Below, piece after piece: positions 61,193-64,000 of a DNA stretch of 64,000 nucleotides. The translations under genes were made by a program, and so were the position numbers. Source of the DNA: an uncultured delta proteobacterium (GTDB lineage: Bacteria; Myxococcota; Kuafuiibacteriia; Kuafuiibacteriales; Kuafuiibacteriaceae); contig CAWDML010000009.1 in the NCBI GenBank assembly GCA_963803435.1, forward strand, positions 1,376,001-1,440,000, written 5' to 3'. Numbering within the stretch: the first letter of the stretch is position 1; each line of letters starts with the position of its first letter. The notes beneath the pieces were generated by a model. The model ran no database searches and had not been told where the DNA came from. It was given only the letters and a program-made list of their open reading frames with translations.

Positions 61193-64000
61193 GACCGAGG
61201 AGACCGAGGAGACCGAGGAGGGCCAGGAGCGCCGGCCCGCCGCGCGGTCGCTCCGCGGCGCTGCAGCCGCAGCCGCCTCCACCGCCTTTGGGATTGGGCG
61301 CCTCGCAGGAGCCGGCGCGACACTGATCGGCGCCGATCGGACACTGCTCGGTGGCACCGTTTCGCGCGCAGATCGGATCGACCTTGCTCCCACCGGAGCA
61401 ACCGCCCATGCAGCACTCGAGCGCCGCAGCCAGCGGCATGCACACCGGGCCGCCGTCGCCGCCGTCGCCGAACACGCAGAGGCCGTCGGGCCCACACGTC
61501 AGCCCCTGGGGACACTCGCCGCCACCCGGCGTGCAGGCGATGCCCGGATCGGTGGGGTCGTTCGGATCGCTCTCGCCGTCGTCGACGCGCCCGTTGTGGT
61601 TCTGGTCCTCGACGCCGTCGAGGAAGGTGTCGAGATCCGTATCGGCTTCGATCGGGTTGGTGGTCGTGTCGGGATCGAGGTCGGCGATGAAGAAGCCGGC
61701 GGCCTCGTCGGTGCCGAGGTAGACGTAGGGCGGGGTGCCGCCGCCGGCGATCGGCGTGCGCACGCCCAGCTCGAGGCCGTCGAACAGGCCGTCGTCGTCA
61801 GAGTCGGGATCGAGGGCGTTGATGACGTTGTCGCCGTCGGGATCGCCGAGGGGATCCGCGTCGCAGTTGCGGCAGATCTGGCCCTCGGCGCCGTCTCGTA
61901 CGCCGTCGTCGTCGCTGTCGGCGTCGAGCGGGTTCGTCATGGCGACCCGGGCCTCCTGGTAGTCGTCCAGGCCGTCGCGGTCGGTGTCGCCGCTCAGGGG
62001 ATCGGTACCGAGCTCCGCCTCCTCCTCATCGTCGAGGTTGTCGGGATCGCTGTTCACCACCGGAGTGATGGTCACGACCACCCGATCGCTCAGGGAGACG
62101 TCATCCCCGTCGGAGACCGTGAGGTCGAACTGGAGCGGCTCGCTCACCAGCACGGAGGGCGCGGTGAAGCTGGGCGTGAGCGAGGAGGTGGAGCTCAGCT
62201 GGACGCGCACGCCGCCGGTATCGACCTGGGTCCAGGCGTACGTGAGCGTGTCCTGCGGATCGATGTCAGAAGAGCCGCGGGCGTCGAGCTGGTAGCTCCG
62301 CCGCTCCAGCACGCTGCCGTCCGGCCCCGCGTTCGCCACCGGGAGGGTGTTGATCACGGTGATCGTGGAGGAGGTCACCAGCTGGCCGGGCTCCGTCCCG
62401 TCGTGCGGGAGCACCGTGAAGTACCAGCGCTGCCCCTTGATCACGTCGGCGGCGGGGATGATCGCCTGGTTGAACAGATCGGCCCGCTCGACCCCCCGAT
62501 CGTACCAGCGCAGCTCCGAGCCCGACTCAGGATCACCGTCGGGATCGTCGAAGACGTAGATCGCCTCGATCTGCGTCCCGGTGCGGACATCGGTGTTCGG
62601 GCGGATCCGCAGGTTCGAGGCCAGCGGCGGCGAGTTGCCGACGATGACCACGTTCGAGGCGACGGCGGCGCCGACGCCGGGGAGGCCGTCGCTGGGGAAG
62701 ACGCGCGCCTGCCACTGATCGTTCTTGAAGGTCGCGGAGGCCGGGACGGTCAGGCCCTGGATCTGTCCCTGGACCGCCGAGTTCCGCGTCCACTGGATGA
62801 TCGTGCCCACCTCCGGATCGCTGTTCACGTCGGCGTAGGTGTACGTCAGCGTCAGGTCCTGGTTGGAGCGCGCCATCGGCGCCGGCGCCAGCTGCACGTT
62901 GCTCACCACGGGCGGGACGTTGGCGAACTCGATCGTCGCCATACCGCTCGAGCTGCCCTCGACCGACGTGACCATCACGTCGCACATGACGTGCTGCGTG
63001 CTGCGGAGCTGGAGGAACACCGCGCCATTGTTGGACTGGACCTGGTGGCCGGGGAGCGTCGGGTCGGCGTCGGGCGCGACGATCTGAACGCCCGGCTGGC
63101 TGAGGGCGACGGTGTAGAGCGTGCCGTCCACCAGCGGCAGCCCGCTGGTCCCGTGCGCGGGCCCGAAGGAGAGGTCGCCGGTGGTGACGCCGTCCGCGGG
63201 GACCGAGACCGGACCCATCGGAGTCATGATCCCGGCGGGCTGCTCGATGCGCACGATGCGGTAGCTGATCCGCGGCATGGCCACGTCGAAGCGGACGGAG
63301 GCCACCAGATAGTCGTTGTTCGGCCCCTTCACCACCGTGTGCTCGAACGAGTTCTGGTTGTAGACCAGCACCGGGAAGCCGCGCGGATCGAGGACGTTGC
63401 CGGAGGCGTCGAGCCGGGCCGCATAGGTGATGCCGTTGGCCGAGCCGTTGCGGCGATCCTGCCAGACCACCAGCGCACCGTTGAGATCGCCGGCGACCTT
63501 GGGATCGAGCTGATCGTTGACCGCGTTGGAGACGGTGAACGCGCTGCCGATGGCGGTGAGGGCGCCGGTGAAGCGCCGCGCCGCGATGTCGGAGTCGACC
63601 GTGTTGGAGGCGTCCTGCCAGGACGCGACGATGTTGCCGGCGCCGAGCGGCGCCAGCGCGATGGAGGTCTGCGCCAGCGCGGCCGAGAAGACCGTGCTGC
63701 CCGCCGCGGGCGAGACCACGCCGGTGTCGGGGAGCGTCCGCGCGAAGAGATCGATGTCGCCGTTGCGATCGTCCTGCCACGCCACCAGAAAGTTGGTGCC
63801 GACCGAGAGCACCTTCGACTCGGTCTCGAAGGTGGAGCCGGCGGCCGGACCCACCACGTTGAACGGCGCCGGGTCGCTGAAGTTGACGCCGTCGAGCTGC
63901 AGGCGGCGCGCCTGGATCCGGCTCACGCCCGGGACGCCGACGAAGATGGTCTGGAAGGTGATGATGTACTGGTTGGCGGTGAAGCCGACGGCAGGGAGCG
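61161..64000 (-). CDS. Large surface protein (5' end outside window): propeller-like WQD repeats, Ig/PKD domains, TSP3 repeats, MYXO-CTERM sorting signal
   Basis: LVAWQD repeats; PVANAG..YAWTQ; DSDDDG repeats; C-terminus GGGGGCGCSAA..ALLALLGLLGLLGLTCVRRR. Confidence 0.85.
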   Translation of the reverse strand, partial: LPAVGFTANQYIITFQTIFVGVPGVSRIQARRLQLDGVNFSDPAPFNVVGPAAGSTFETESKVLSVGTNFLVAWQDDRNGDIDLFARTLPDTGVVSPAAGSTVFSAALAQTSIALAPLGAGNIVASWQDASNTVDSDIAARRFTGALTAIGSAFTVSNAVNDQLDPKVAGDLNGALVVWQDRRNGSANGITYAARLDASGNVLDPRGFPVLVYNQNSFEHTVVKGPNNDYLVASVRFDVAMPRISYRIVRIEQPAGIMTPMGPVSVPADGVTTGDLSFGPAHGTSGLPLVDGTLYTVALSQPGVQIVAPDADPTLPGHQVQSNNGAVFLQLRSTQHVMCDVMVTSVEGSSSGMATIEFANVPPVVSNVQLAPAPMARSNQDLTLTYTYADVNSDPEVGTIIQWTRNSAVQGQIQGLTVPASATFKNDQWQARVFPSDGLPGVGAAVASNVVIVGNSPPLASNLRIRPNTDVRTGTQIEAIYVFDDPDGDPESGSELRWYDRGVERADLFNQAIIPAADVIKGQRWYFTVLPHDGTEPGQLVTSSTITVINTLPVANAGPDGSVLERRSYQLDARGSSDIDPQDTLTYAWTQVDTGGVRVQLSSTSSLTPSFTAPSVLVSEPLQFDLTVSDGDDVSLSDRVVVTITPVVNSDPDNLDDEEEAELGTDPLSGDTDRDGLDDYQEARVAMTNPLDADSDDDGVRDGAEGQICRNCDADPLGDPDGDNVINALDPDSDDDGLFDGLELGVRTPIAGGGTPPYVYLGTDEAAGFFIADLDPDTTTNPIEADTDLDTFLDGVEDQNHNGRVDDGESDPNDPTDPGIACTPGGGECPQGLTCGPDGLCVFGDGGDGGPVCMPLAAALECCMGGCSGGSKVDPICARNGATEQCPIGADQCRAGSCEAPNPKGGGGGCGCSAAERPRGGPALLALLGLLGLLGLTCVRRRPRG

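Noticed and set aside
61191-61220. GAGACCGAG tandem repeat
   Set aside because: Simply encodes the LGL repeats of the MYXO-CTERM membrane helix.

Overview
GC-rich (~70%) bacterial chromosomal DNA that looks myxobacterial (Myxococcota): MYXO-CTERM protein, CglD-like TSP3/vWA lipoprotein, four Ser/Thr kinase-PEGA receptors, myxobacterial-type Ffh. Most of the window is housekeeping and signalling genes (lon, ffh, rel, purM/purN, add, ridA, a partner-switching operon). The main surprise is the 1.15 kb gene-free interval at 44119-45275. It holds a ~640-nt highly structured RNA-like element (44613-45252) whose ends form a perfect 14-bp helix and whose motif order resembles my recollection of ROOL large ncRNAs (unverified). 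The element has its own sigma70-like promoter with a 17-bp palindrome in the spacer, and is preceded by an array of TTGGNGCYCA motifs at an exact 41-bp period. Other notable points: 9 of 13 apparent frameshifts sit at GAATC where GATC or GAGATC is needed, which suggests modification-induced sequencing errors at GATC. There is also a 389-bp doubly deleted IS5 element with intact ends just after rel, and a likely AUA start codon coupled to a STAS gene stop. All family calls come from reading the translations; no database search was run.
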